64,000 nucleotides of DNA from NCBI GenBank assembly GCA_051362555.1, contig CM120644.1:23706534-23770533 (forward strand), read 5' to 3'. Positions 24,389 to 36,364 of this stretch are shown one piece after another; the stretch's first letter is position 1, and every line of letters begins with the position of its first letter. A model generated the notes under the pieces. That model did not search any database, was not told the DNA's origin, and saw nothing but the letters and a program-made list of their open reading frames with translations. The translations under genes and the position numbers were made by a program. The DNA comes from Lingula anatina. Taxonomy: Eukaryota; Animalia; Brachiopoda.

Positions 24389-25244
24389 CACAACGCTTTT
24401 TATATGTAGCCTCAATATATGCAGTTCTTATGTAGTAAATGTTCTTAAAGAGAAGAATGATATTCTTGGACATTCAGACATTGGATATTTCTCTGACAAC
24501 TTCTTTGTTGGTCTCAGTACATGATAATGATTGATTCCCCGGCTTCTTATTGGCAGAACAAAAATATTCCATCCATTTCTTTTTAATAATTTAAAGACAT
24601 TCACCCTTTGGTTGCTTGAGGTCAGGATAACTCTGATTCTTCCTCATAATTCAAATTCAGCAGAACGTATAGATATCTTATCATTACTCGTTTTGACTGA
24701 CTGAGATCTGGCTCTTCTGTCAAGCTTGACAGTAAACTGTCAACAAACAAGGTAGCCAAACTGAATTTAAAAAGTAACAATGGCAGTGTTAACATAAGAA
24801 CAAATATTTTAAAACCTTTAAAACATAAGAAAAGGCATATTATAAACTATGGGTTCTTTAATTGTCGATCTTGAAACTCTTGTTAGGGCGTTTTGTCCGC
24901 CATTTTGAAAATTGTCATTTTGGCAACCTAAATGGCTGTTGTGAAAAAAAAAAAATAGTTGCGCGTGTATGTTTAGCATCATTTTTGGCCATAGAAAACA
25001 CTCACTTAAGAAAAATTTGTGCTTCACTCAACACTTTTCAATACAATTATTTACACATAATTACTACAGTTACTGTATATGCTTTGTATGCATTTCCAAA
25101 AATAGTAAAATAACCGACCTAAAGAATGCTCCTAGCTCAAATTTCTAATCAGAAATGAACTTTTTGGCCCATTTTGCCTTTATAATCATCTGTTCCTTGA
25201 GAGATTTCCTAAAAAGAGTTATTATTTACCCAACCCTATAATTA

Positions 25245-28099
25245 TAGCCTTAGGCAAAATCGGTAATGGAACTCGTGAACTCAATGCGGTCGATTTTAAA
25301 GAATAGAGTCTTTGTTCGTTGTCTGCCGTATCTCTTATCTCTAGTGCTGTGTAAAATGGGACATGCTACGATATATAAACATGTTGAAGTGAACGTTTTC
25401 TAAGGTGTGGTACGTCACAAAACAAAATGTTCATGTTGATTCACCGTATAGATCTTGGTAATAAAAGAAGTATATTCATACATGTTATTCCCCGAAGAAG
25501 ACCCATGGGCCGAAAGCTCGGACTGTATTCAACAACTATAATGTAGATCTTTCTAGATGCATCAAAATATTTATACTTCTAAAACAAAATGTTAAAATGG
25601 AATTTCATGATGTGAAAAAAGTTTTAAATAAATAACACACGCAATGTACCATGTCCTGCCAATATGATGTATTTAGTTTTAAAGAAATAACACATGCAAT
25701 GTATCTTTCCTTGAAAATGTGATTTATTTATTTATTCATTCCTTTTATTTCTCAGATGAAGGCAGTAATCCTGGCAGGAGGCTATGGGACCAGACTGGAA
25801 AGAGATCTGAAAGCTGACACCTCAGGGAAGTACAGTCATCTGATAGGGGTGCCCAAACCACTGCTGCCCATCGGACACTGTCCACTGATATCACACTGGA
25901 CAAAGGTGCTGACCACTCTGCCCAGCTTGGATGGTGTTTATGTGGTGGTGAGTATGGAGTTAGTGGGGATGTCTTTGCTTACATGTTCAGTATACTTACT
26001 CAATACTGACAATACTGGGTTTAAACTAGGGGTTTACAGGGGGGGGTCTCTTTCTGAAAATTTAATGCAGACCTTCATACCCCAATTAGTTGAACAAACT
26101 TTAAAAAAATGACACGACACATCATTTATATTTTGACATTAAATGGCCAAAGGGGCAGTTTTTCTGAACACCTTTACCTCCAGAGTAAGACATTTGACAA
26201 ATGATAATTTAACATTTGCAGTTTGATCATTAAAAGAAAACGAAGTAGATACATGCACTTATATTGTTATGCAATGAAAACATTTTGTTTGTAATTGCAA
26301 CATACTTATTTGAAGATATGATCATCAACCTTTCATGAAAAGCAGCAACAAATAAGTTGTGAAACAATAACTGTACATTATAATGTTTTAAAATAAAATT
26401 ACACCTCACTCTCCAGACCAATGGTGCCAACCATGAGAAGTTTGTGACGTGGGCCAAGGACTGGAGCTGCGTGCAGCTGGTGTGTGATGGGAGCACGTCG
26501 AATGAGGTAAGTCATGCAGAGCACATGAACGCATGATGTGTACAAACACACACACATGCACGCTAACACACACACACACACACATTCCATGCATTGTGAT
26601 ATCTTCTCATACTTTATTTGTTTAAATTTTGTTTTGAAAATGTGTTTATTGTATAATAAGACTTACTTTTTCAATTGCCAAAATAATAAAACAAAATATA
26701 GAAAGTAAAAGACAACATGTCAAACAGTTATATTTTGAAAGATGATGTTATTTTCTCTCATAATGTCACCAGTGCAGGCCAGGGGCAGTGGGATGTTTAG
26801 AACTGTATGTCCGACAACATAATGTCCAAGATGATATATTGGTCATAGCAGGGTGAGCGGTGTGTCCAGTTTGTCCTTTAGTATTAAACCCCCTTTACTC
26901 TAGACAACATCCTTTCTGTGTCCTTTATACAAGCATGAAACTGGCTGTGATCGTAAGAAAGAGACACAGGCTTCAGTTTGGTCGCAAATGAATGCTCAAT
27001 GATCGGTCAGTTGTCGGCACGTAAAGTATTTTCCTTTTTACTCTCCAACGGGACCATACTACAGGACACAGAGAGGACGCCCTCCAGTGTAAAGGAGGCT
27101 TCAATACAATGTCTACTATCTGTCTTATCATTTGGCAAGAAGTACCTGCATGGGTGTTGCAAGCAGCATGTAGTGTTTGAAATATAGCCTGGATAATTTT
27201 TCTGTTAAATAGAAAAGTGTTATCATTTAAATTCAAAGGTTTACACATTTTTTTGCTACAGTGACTATCTAATGAGTCAGACATTGAGCAGTCAATTTAT
27301 CTTATACATTTTAGCCAGTAGCAATAATTAGTGTAATTTAATAAATGTTATGTTTAATTTTACAGTGACACCCTATTTTTTGATGACTTCGACTTGACTC
27401 AGCTAGTCCAGAAATTTGAGTCATTTAAAACCAAAGACCCTGATGCCAGTATGCTGGTCTATGTGACATGCACAGATGAAGGTAAGTAAGGGAAAATAAT
27501 TAGGTGTGTAATTGAAATAAACAAAAATAAAATAAAGCAAGGAGAACAAGCATATACCAGTAATAAATGTTAAGGAAACCAAGCAGAACAAAGAGTGCGG
27601 ATACAAATTAACAAGCACCATAAGGCATATTTTTTTCATTTTAACATGGTGCAAATAGCAGGATTTATTTATTTATTTATTTATTTATTTTGTTTCCTTC
27701 TTCTCTCAGAGTAATTTAATAACACATTTTTACCAACCCCCTCAGTAGCAATATATCTGTCATTAAAATAATTTATTTTCATCCACTTACAGAGGTTCAT
27801 AAGTATGGGATTCTTGAACTGAATGAAGAGAATCAGGTGGTTGGATTCCTTGAAAAACCCCAGCCTACAGAGACCTTGTCTAGGAAAGAGGTAGTAGACG
27901 CTGATTTAGCTCAAAAGTTGACTGCAATTTAAAATGTATTTTTTACTTATAAATCAAATCATAAGTACTGCCAGGCGTGAGGGTTTTTCTGTCACTGTTT
28001 GATTATTTTAAAACCACTTCATTGAGTGACAATATGTATATGGTAGTCCAATGATTCAGAATAATTATCTTTCTCTATTAATTTCCTTTTTGAAGCATA

Positions 28100-28159
<60 letters not shown>

Positions 28160-29612
28160 TTAGGAATATCCAAATTATATGACGGCTTCACTGGAATCTG
28201 TACTATATGGTGCTTGAAATCGATTCCTTTTTTCAAATTGGAGTAAAAGTGAATGTTGTGTAATAAGATAATAAATTATATATGTGTAAATTTTTTTTTC
28301 ATTTACCAGTTTCTATCCTTTATTTTTAGTGCCCATGTTTTTATTTCTTGTCATCCAAGTGTCTTCCACTGCTGTCTCAGTTCTTAGAGGAGAAGAAGGT
28401 GAGCATGGTGACCTGAGGAAAATATCTGTGACCTGAGGAAAATATCTGTGTGGAAAACAGAGTGTGATTTCTCTTGACTTGTTTTAGTTATGCAAATGAA
28501 GAGCTCTCTTGTTAGATAGCATGAAGGTTTTTTTTCGTGATTTTAGTTTCAATTTTATGAGCAGTGTTAATCTTTAAAATATTCAATATCAACACTTTCA
28601 AAACAGTATAATTAAAAAAAAAAAAAAAAAAAAAACAGACTTCTGAAATAAATTTCAATATCTTTTAAAGAAAGTGATTGTTTGATTTAGTATAAAACAT
28701 TATTAACAGAATACAGAAGAATTTGAAAGACTAGAAAATTTTGAAAAGTGATTATTTAGAAACTTTTTTTTCACTGTAGGATATGCCATTGAAGGCAAGA
28801 GATGCAACTGGAAACTTTATTGCTTATTTATACCAAAGGTAAAATATGGTGTTTTGTGTCTTTATGCTTAATAAAGCATTATACTACCGGTATTTCAATA
28901 AGGGAATTGAATCATCAACATTGTATGCATTCAAAGATGTAAAAGTCAGGAAAAATGAATTGTGTGGTTCATGCAAGTATTTCAAGAGACTGGAGCACCA
29001 CCAGATGTCAGCACCTGACTGTCTCCTGCCTTCTGAATGGGGCCTTACAGCTCGTCTACTGCTCCAGGCAGGTCTTTCTTTTCTTGAGCCACATTTACAG
29101 ATAAATAATTTTTTTTCTTTCTCAGAGCTCCAGTATACGCCACCGAGATTTCTGGACGTTTTGATGTTGGCGGACTCCAGTCCTTCCTCATTTGTCATGA
29201 GCATTTCAAGAAGAAAAGCTGAGACTGAATTTTTAGGATGACGCAGATTGTAGATACATGTGTAGAGACAAATATAAGTGCCACCTACTGCCGGGGCTTC
29301 GGGAGATGGTGTTGCCCTCTATTGTCATGCAGGATTCTCAAAAACGTCTGTACGGCTTTACACGGAGCTGAAATATCAGCTTGAATAAATATAATGGACA
29401 GATAAGAAGAGTGATTGGGTCGGCTGGCGGACGTTGCAATATAGTTACGAGTATTTATTTATATTCTGTAAAATTTTAACTTGAAGACTGTAACATTTGA
29501 GCCCAACTTCAGTGGCTGCCATGGTAAAAATAAAGATATGTCATTTTAAACTACATGATTGTGTGAACATGATTGTCTTTTGCTTTGCAAGAATTGCTCA
29601 ATAATGGTTTAA

Positions 29613-29651
<39 letters not shown>

Positions 29652-30316
29652 AACTAATAATTTAATTTGGTGATCAGTAGTTAAAAACCATGTTTTCCAT
29701 GGCCGGAAACTGCATTTAAGTGATAATTTAATGATATAATAATAAAAAACAAACAAATTAATATTTTCAAGCTTTTTTATTCATCGTCTATTTTCAGAAT
29801 GAAAACCAGCTATAAACGGCTGCTAAATACATGAAGAATTTACCAAATCAGAATCGCATCCAGTCAACATAATATTAATTTGTCATGCCACTATTTCTAC
29901 AATTTAAAATCCATAACAGCTATGAAGTAACATCCTATTAATTAAAAATACCAAGCATCCTGTAACCTTTTGTAGTTATATATCAGAGGTCAAGGTTGTG
30001 TGAAAGGTCAATGTCAAGGTCAGATGGTCACGCCCCTACACAGACCCATCTGGGAGTACACCTGCACCATGGCCTCGGCCCCTGAACGAGCATGGTAAGA
30101 CAGCGCGTCCTCGCACCCAAATGTGTAGTCCTGGACGCACTCCCGGAAGGAGCTGATGACGTCACAGGGGTCAACGCCCTGTTTGAGGTCAATGACCATG
30201 AGGTCTCCACAATGGCAGATGCTGGTCTGGCTGCAGCGAGCGATGGTAGAGGTATTGTCTGATCCTACAAAATATATAGAATACAAAAGACCCATTTTAA
30301 AAAGGATTTTCAAATA

Positions 30317-30374
<58 letters not shown>

Positions 30375-30450
30375 ATAAATAATAGAAATACCAATAAAAA
30401 GGGGAAAATTGGAGAATGAGAAGACAAAAATGGGAAAAAATACTCAAAAT
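25245..30450 (+). repeat. Segmental duplication paralogous to about 7030-21130
   Basis: Colinear similarity from the intron before the nucleotidyltransferase ATG exon to the EF-hand gene's last intron (30290-30450 vs 20985-21130). Confidence 0.9.
25756..29222 (+). CDS. Sugar-phosphate nucleotidyltransferase, copy 2, 266 aa, 8 exons
   Basis: Exons 25756-25947, 26417-26506, 26773-26852, 27366-27481, 27793-27890, 28330-28398, 28780-28838, 29126-29222. Exons 1-7 have the same sizes and phases as copy 1. Motif ILAGGYGTRL; ends KKKS*. Confidence 0.9.
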
Positions 30451-33400
30451 TAGCCAATTTATAATGACAGGTTCAGTGGTTGCTTAAAGGTACATACGAA
30501 CCGAGCATCGGTGGAGTGTGGATTCCCAGTTACACATGTAAACCACTTCTACTAGATTCTTATATGACTCAAATAAATTCGACATGCCAAGGGATAAACT
30601 GAATAGATCACTCGATCAGCCATAAAAGCCCTTTAGACTGCTCCTTTCTTTAAATTTTTGGTTGTAAATTTAACCTACTTTCGTGACCTACTTTCCTGCC
30701 CCATTGACATACAGCTTAGAATGCCAGCAGAAAAATCCGTCCAAACATCATTTTCGGGTAAAATTAAACAATGCCGTTTGGTAATTCTCTTAGTTATACT
30801 ACTTGAAACTATATGCTGGCATTTGGTTGGATTTTGTGACAAAAATTGACTTTGCATGCATCTTTAAGGAAAATAGTAAAAAAAGGTCAACCAAGTTAAT
30901 TAAGTTTCCAACTGCTATTTTATACAGGTATTTTTATTAACGTAATAGAAACAATACCTTAGAGTGAGATTTTGACAAAGATAGGAAATTACGCAATTAT
31001 TTCCAAACACGTTTCACTGCTGGTTAACAAGTTTCAAAACGACGTAATTATATTACTTCCTACCTAGATGTCCGCAAAATTCCCCACTGTTAGAAAGATC
31101 ATCAATGAAACGTTTCACGACGAAACTGTACGCTTGCAAATCAGACTCGTGGCACTCGGGAGCCGCCAGGCAAGTGGTGTATTCCTGAAACAAGAAAACA
31201 TTCAGGTAATTGTGACCAAGAATACGTTTGTCTCAACTAACGCAATCTACTCGTCATTTATTCAAGAAGGGTCAAAATATCAGCAAATGTAAACTGATAC
31301 TATAAATCTTCCCTCTGAAGGAAGAGGAGAGCTTCATTTGGATAATTATTAAATAGCAGCTCAATAAATACGAAAGAAAAAACTTATTAAAGTTCTTATA
31401 AAGTCATAACGCGTGAGGTCCCTCGGCCAATGGAAAACAGAACCCAGATTAGATGTAAAAAAAAAAAAGGCAGCCCTAACGTCAATGGCAACAGTGAAAA
31501 CACAACCAAAGCGACGTCAATACGATGGACAGCTGAGATGTGCACAGTGACCTTAAATAACGTTGTACCATGTTGAAAGTCAATTTTAAGTTATATTTAA
31601 GAAAATAGATAAAAATATGTCGTAGACTCCTGCAATCTCGTCGTGTACTAGTGGACCGGTCGACTAGTCAAAAGTGGAATTGGCGCACGCGCAAGGACCT
31701 TAAGTGTGACCATAAATAAATGAATAAGAATGTTTCAATAAATCACAGCCAAGGCAATGATAACAGACGGCACACGTGCTCCTACCTGAGAAGCGTTATA
31801 AATGTTCAGGGTGGCTCTCAACGTGAGCAGCGCCTGCAGTGTACACCGCTTTATCGTCGTCTTGTAGCAGTCTGCGCCGCCTGCGAAAGAAAGATGTGCT
31901 AATTATGCCATTTAGTAAACTGTTTTATGACCATTCAATTGCTTTTATTTTAATATGAAAAACTGAACTATCATAAAAGTATAAATTGTACTAATATAAG
32001 CGTGGATTTTTTTTCAAGGAAGTGAAAAATAAAGCATTTAGAGCTCTTAATATATTGGTGTATTTCTTACACAAGTTTGAAGATCAGTGTTTAGCTTATA
32101 TGTATCTACCGGTAAGTGGAACATGGGTCAATATAAATTGGGAAAAATAATTCATTATTGACCATCCATGTGTAACTTACCTGTCAGAATGATTTTCAAT
32201 GAGGTAGCCTCCGCCTCCCCCAACTTCCCGTCACCTTGAGAGTAAATCAGAGCATGTGATTATCACAATATTTTTTTCAGTTAAAAGCGAGATGTCTATG
32301 CCTACATAATATCCATGACTTCTTAAATTTTAAATAGATTTTAAAAAGTGACGTTTCATTTTTGACACTTTTTTCTTTCTTTTTAACTATGATGACCTCT
32401 TTATTTCCAGGGAGTTCTTTCGAGTAATTTTTAAAGTCATCAAATCTAAATGAAGACAAGACACAACAACTTGGCTAGAGAGGCAATTCTCCCTCGATAC
32501 TCACTGTTTTTATCAAACTCTTTAAAAGTTTGCTCGGACATATAGGCGGGGACGGTAAAGCAGGTGCGGTACTCTATTTCCTCAAGGAAATTGTCGCCAT
32601 TCCCGTCACAGAGTCGCGAGATCTCGTTGGAAGGAATCACGAGGGGCCCTATGACGTCAGTGGTGGTTGATCGTCTGGCACGCCTGTGTAGAAAGCATGT
32701 TGATAAAACATAAATGTGAATGTGAAGAAAAATATAATTATGCACTTGTAATCAGAGAAAATAAATGTATGAAATTACCCGCATTGATTAAATTAGAGAT
32801 ACATAAATCTGACGCAATGGCGTCACGCTTCACCAAAGAGAAAATTTTGTCGAAATTTGAACATTCAGTACTGTGCAAAAAATAATATCGAGGTGAAGCG
32901 TTAACATTTTTCCGTGAACAAAAGATGTTCCTAGAGTTAAAAATGATAAAAAATTAAGTCCATTAAGTCCATTGGCCCGTATCATAAAATTCTGTCTTGA
33001 ACTCTTAGCTAAACCGCAGTGTTATCAAACTGATAGAGCCTAGGAAAGGACGCTAGCTGATAGTTTACGGAAGTGTCAAAATGGCAACCATGACTGGATA
33101 TGGAGGGATGTTTACATTGCATTGTCAATACAATGTGCCGTATCTGGCAGTGTTTACATTACAGCGACCTGCCGCTTAGGGACCATTCAGAGTAGAAAAT
33201 CCGGGTATCAACTGGCCCAAGGCTCAAATATGGCGGAGCCTACACGAAAGGAAGACTGATTAATCTTATAATGGTCTCTCCATCTCTCATACACCTCCTC
33301 ATGCGTCGCCCCTGCAAGGGCACAGTAATTAAATCTCGGCTCAATTCTCTTTCATGTAGGGTCCGACATATTTGAGCCTTGGACCAGCTGATACTCTGAT

Positions 33401-33688
33401 CTGCTACTCTGAATGGCCCCTTTGACTCAGAGGGAACGCGCTACAGCTTAACTGTCAGCTGAATGATACATTTCTTACTCGAAACAAACTTTACTATCAT
33501 TTTCGGCATTTTAATGTTTAATTCAGAATACAAATACACATGCATCTCAATATTAACAGATATCATATCCAGTTTAACTAACTGAAGCTTACATAATATC
33601 TTATCTCCATCTTATATGATACTAACTACTTTGTTTCATTCATTAATATATGGGTAAAATTGATAAGTTATTACCATCAATATTCACT

Positions 33689-33743
<55 letters not shown>

Positions 33744-33974
33744 CTTTCAGCTATCACCTACTACCCACTTCACAGTCAGTTATAAATTGAAAGAAAAATA
33801 ATAAAAATTAACAACACCTTACCATTTCATGCCCATCTCCACATAACACCCTCTCAGCGTTTCACAGCGGACCTTGTGGTACATTTTCCGGTCAGTTGTC
33901 TGCTTGACCCGTACACAACCCTCGGTCAGGTTCAGGAACGCTAGGATCAGCAGGGCGGTCCACAGGTAAGACAT
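30020..33974 (-). CDS. Secreted EF-hand proprotein with Cys-rich C-terminus, 209 aa, 4 coding exons
   Basis: Exons 33974-33823, 32683-32505, 32234-32181, 30264-30020 (GT-AG, phases 2/1/1, 630 nt). Signal peptide MSYLWTALLILAFLNLTEG, RARR site, EF loops DGNGDNFLEEIE and DKNSDGKLGEAE. Confidence 0.85.
33179..33420. mobile_element. Harbinger-type MITE (related to 11115-11289)
   Basis: Imperfect inverted termini of about 70 bp: gggaccattcagagtag.. / ..ctactctgaatggcccc. TTA on the left flank. Confidence 0.7.
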
Positions 33975-33981
33975 AGTGCTG

Positions 33982-34041
<60 letters not shown>

Positions 34042-34191
34042 TCCTACTGCGTTTTAAATTAAATCTTAAAGCACCTTACACAATGTCTAAAATTATTAAA
34101 AGGACTAAATGACGATGAATATAATATAATATAATATAATATAATATAATATAATATAATATAATATAATATAATATAATATAATATAATA
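33690..34191. repeat. Simple repeat cluster: poly-T, (AAT)n, (AATAT)n
   Basis: T run at 33690-33741, AAT array at 33983-34040, AATAT array at about 34118-34191. Confidence 0.95.
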
Positions 34192-34738
34192 TTTTCTAGA
34201 ATAATTTTTTATCAAATTTTCGATCAGATTATTATTGTCCGGATAATCTGGCGTTTGTCACCTCTTCCTTATAGATGGTTGCGCTCAAGTTAATGATCGA
34301 GGAAACGACATGTATCAAACAGACAGATTGATTTAGATTTTAAAAATATCTTTCTCTGAAGAAGGTGAAAAAGAGGTGTTGAAAAGACGTCAGAATGATA
34401 ACTTTGAATTTAGCTGAACATTTGAAAACCCAAACACGTAAAAGAGTGGTTGATTCTTGTAGAATCTTATTTGAAATTACATAATCTAATTCTGTCTCTT
34501 ATGAAAATGATTTTTCTTTCTAATTATTATTAAACTATATCATTAGTTGCAATGCATTTATGTTCAAACGAGACGAACTCCAATAACACAAACCAAAACA
34601 AGGAAATAAGTTTACACTCTCAGGTTACCATACTACCCGAGTAAGTAAAACATGCCCTTCACAAAAATCATGCAGCAGCATACAAAGTTTTAAGCAACCC
34701 CCAAAACAGTTCTAAAATCCCTCAAATATGTCTCTTAC

Positions 34739-34847
34739 CTTGTCAGTGTTTCCTTAAGAAAGGCAAGACAGCTCTTCCTCGGTTCTTCAGAAAATAAGGA
34801 TGCGTCCGGCTTTGGGGATACAGACTTATTTATAGTCGCTGTATCCC
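34739..34847 (-). promoter_or_regulatory. TATA box and probable non-coding first exon of the EF-hand gene
   Basis: TATAAATA at 34827-34834 on the minus strand; donor AAG|GTAAGA at 34738. Confidence 0.6.
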
Positions 34848-35244
34848 AGTGTAACAAGAGATTGCCTCCTCAGGTCACGAGTTCGTTGCCAAGTGAGATA
34901 ATTGACTTCTCTGCAAATGTCAACTACATCATGTGGCATGTTTCTGTCGGGTCATGACCAATTGTGGAGATGAGTGGGTGTGTGTAAGGGGGGGGGGGGG
35001 GGCGTTTTCGATATCGAAAGAAAACATTTTTTTACGTTTTATATACAGATGTTTTTAAGCAGACGAAGATCTGCGTCAACGAACGAACGTCATTATTAAC
35101 ATTATTTCCTTTTTTAATTTCTTTTAACTCATTCGAGGCTAGTTGATACGAAAATTAAATTTGCTTTTTCTAGTACTAACCTGTCATGGTATATAAGAAT
35201 ATTGTCACCTTTCGCACAAAACTCATTATTCACTGTCTTGAATG

Positions 35245-35290
<46 letters not shown>

Positions 35291-36078
35291 TTGGACAATA
35301 AATAAGTGTTCAGTAGGTTAAAATCTTCAGTGTTCAGTGACTAAATTAATTATCGTTTACACTTATGTCATCTTACGGGTGACGTCATGATTGCGATTTT
35401 GGGGTAAGAACTGAAAAATCGGTTCCTCAACTTTCTCTTTTACCTGAGCACCCACGATCAAAGTTTCAACGCTGATGTAATGACAATATTTAGTACTGCA
35501 AAACCCTGCCGGCAATTTTTCTTAAAAGTCGTAATTCAGATTTTATCGTTGATAAAACAAAATAATTTCTTTGTTTTATGAAAATATATAATTGGGGGTC
35601 ATGACTCCACGACAAAAAACATTTTTGCCAAAATGACGGCAAGGGATTGGTCATATCTGCCATTTTTCGCGATAAAGTCATATTCTTGGAGGAACCTACG
35701 CCCCATACGGATTGCTATCTCACCTAAAAATAGAAAGGTTTTAACTTGACGATGAAACCATATGCCTATGTATTGCAACGAAAAATATAAACATCAATAT
35801 TTCATACTTCCGAGGATTTTTCTATTATTGTAAATAAGCACCACTATAGATGCGCTATTGAACTCCTTTTTGGCTCTGGGTGATAATAAGGGGTTACAAT
35901 ATCCTTAAACTTGGGGATGAGCGTACAGAAATCATGAAAATCTGAGCGTTTTTCTAGTAGTTGATGGTAGATTTTGATTTAACTCCAGGTTTGCATAGTA
36001 ACAATGTGAATGTGATTAAATCATTTGTATTTTAGTAAATAATTAAACACAATTACCTGCATTCAAAACCGTTCACAC

Positions 36079-36364
36079 CAGAGGCGGATCCAGGATTATT
36101 TGAAGAGGGGGGGGGGGAGGTTCGAAGCCGACCCTCCTCCCCTTTTGAGTGGGGATCGGGGGCCGCTGAAGTGCCCAACTTTTTTTTTTGTTATTTCAAA
36201 GGGGTCACCGTGCCAGTTGGGCCGTTTTAGAAGTATGATTCACCTAGACAAAATTTCAAGCAGTTTCAATTTCAAGAGGGGACCATTGATGATTTTTTTT
36301 CAGAAATCGAAGGGGGCGGTGGAACCCCGTGACAACCCCGCCCCCCCCCCCAAATCTGCCACTG
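36079..36364. mobile_element. CAGAGGCGGATCC MITE with 5-bp TSD CACAC
   Basis: Ends cagaggcggat ... atctgccactg, CACAC on both flanks. A related, truncated copy lies at about 61309-61520. Confidence 0.75.

Noticed and set aside
24225-24524. ORFs containing YIYIYI runs (also near 21010, 30320, 51335, 52720)
   Set aside because: Translations of (TA)n microsatellites.
28846-29241. 131-aa ORF and its antisense partner
   Set aside because: Intron read-through into the last nucleotidyltransferase exon in a shifted frame.
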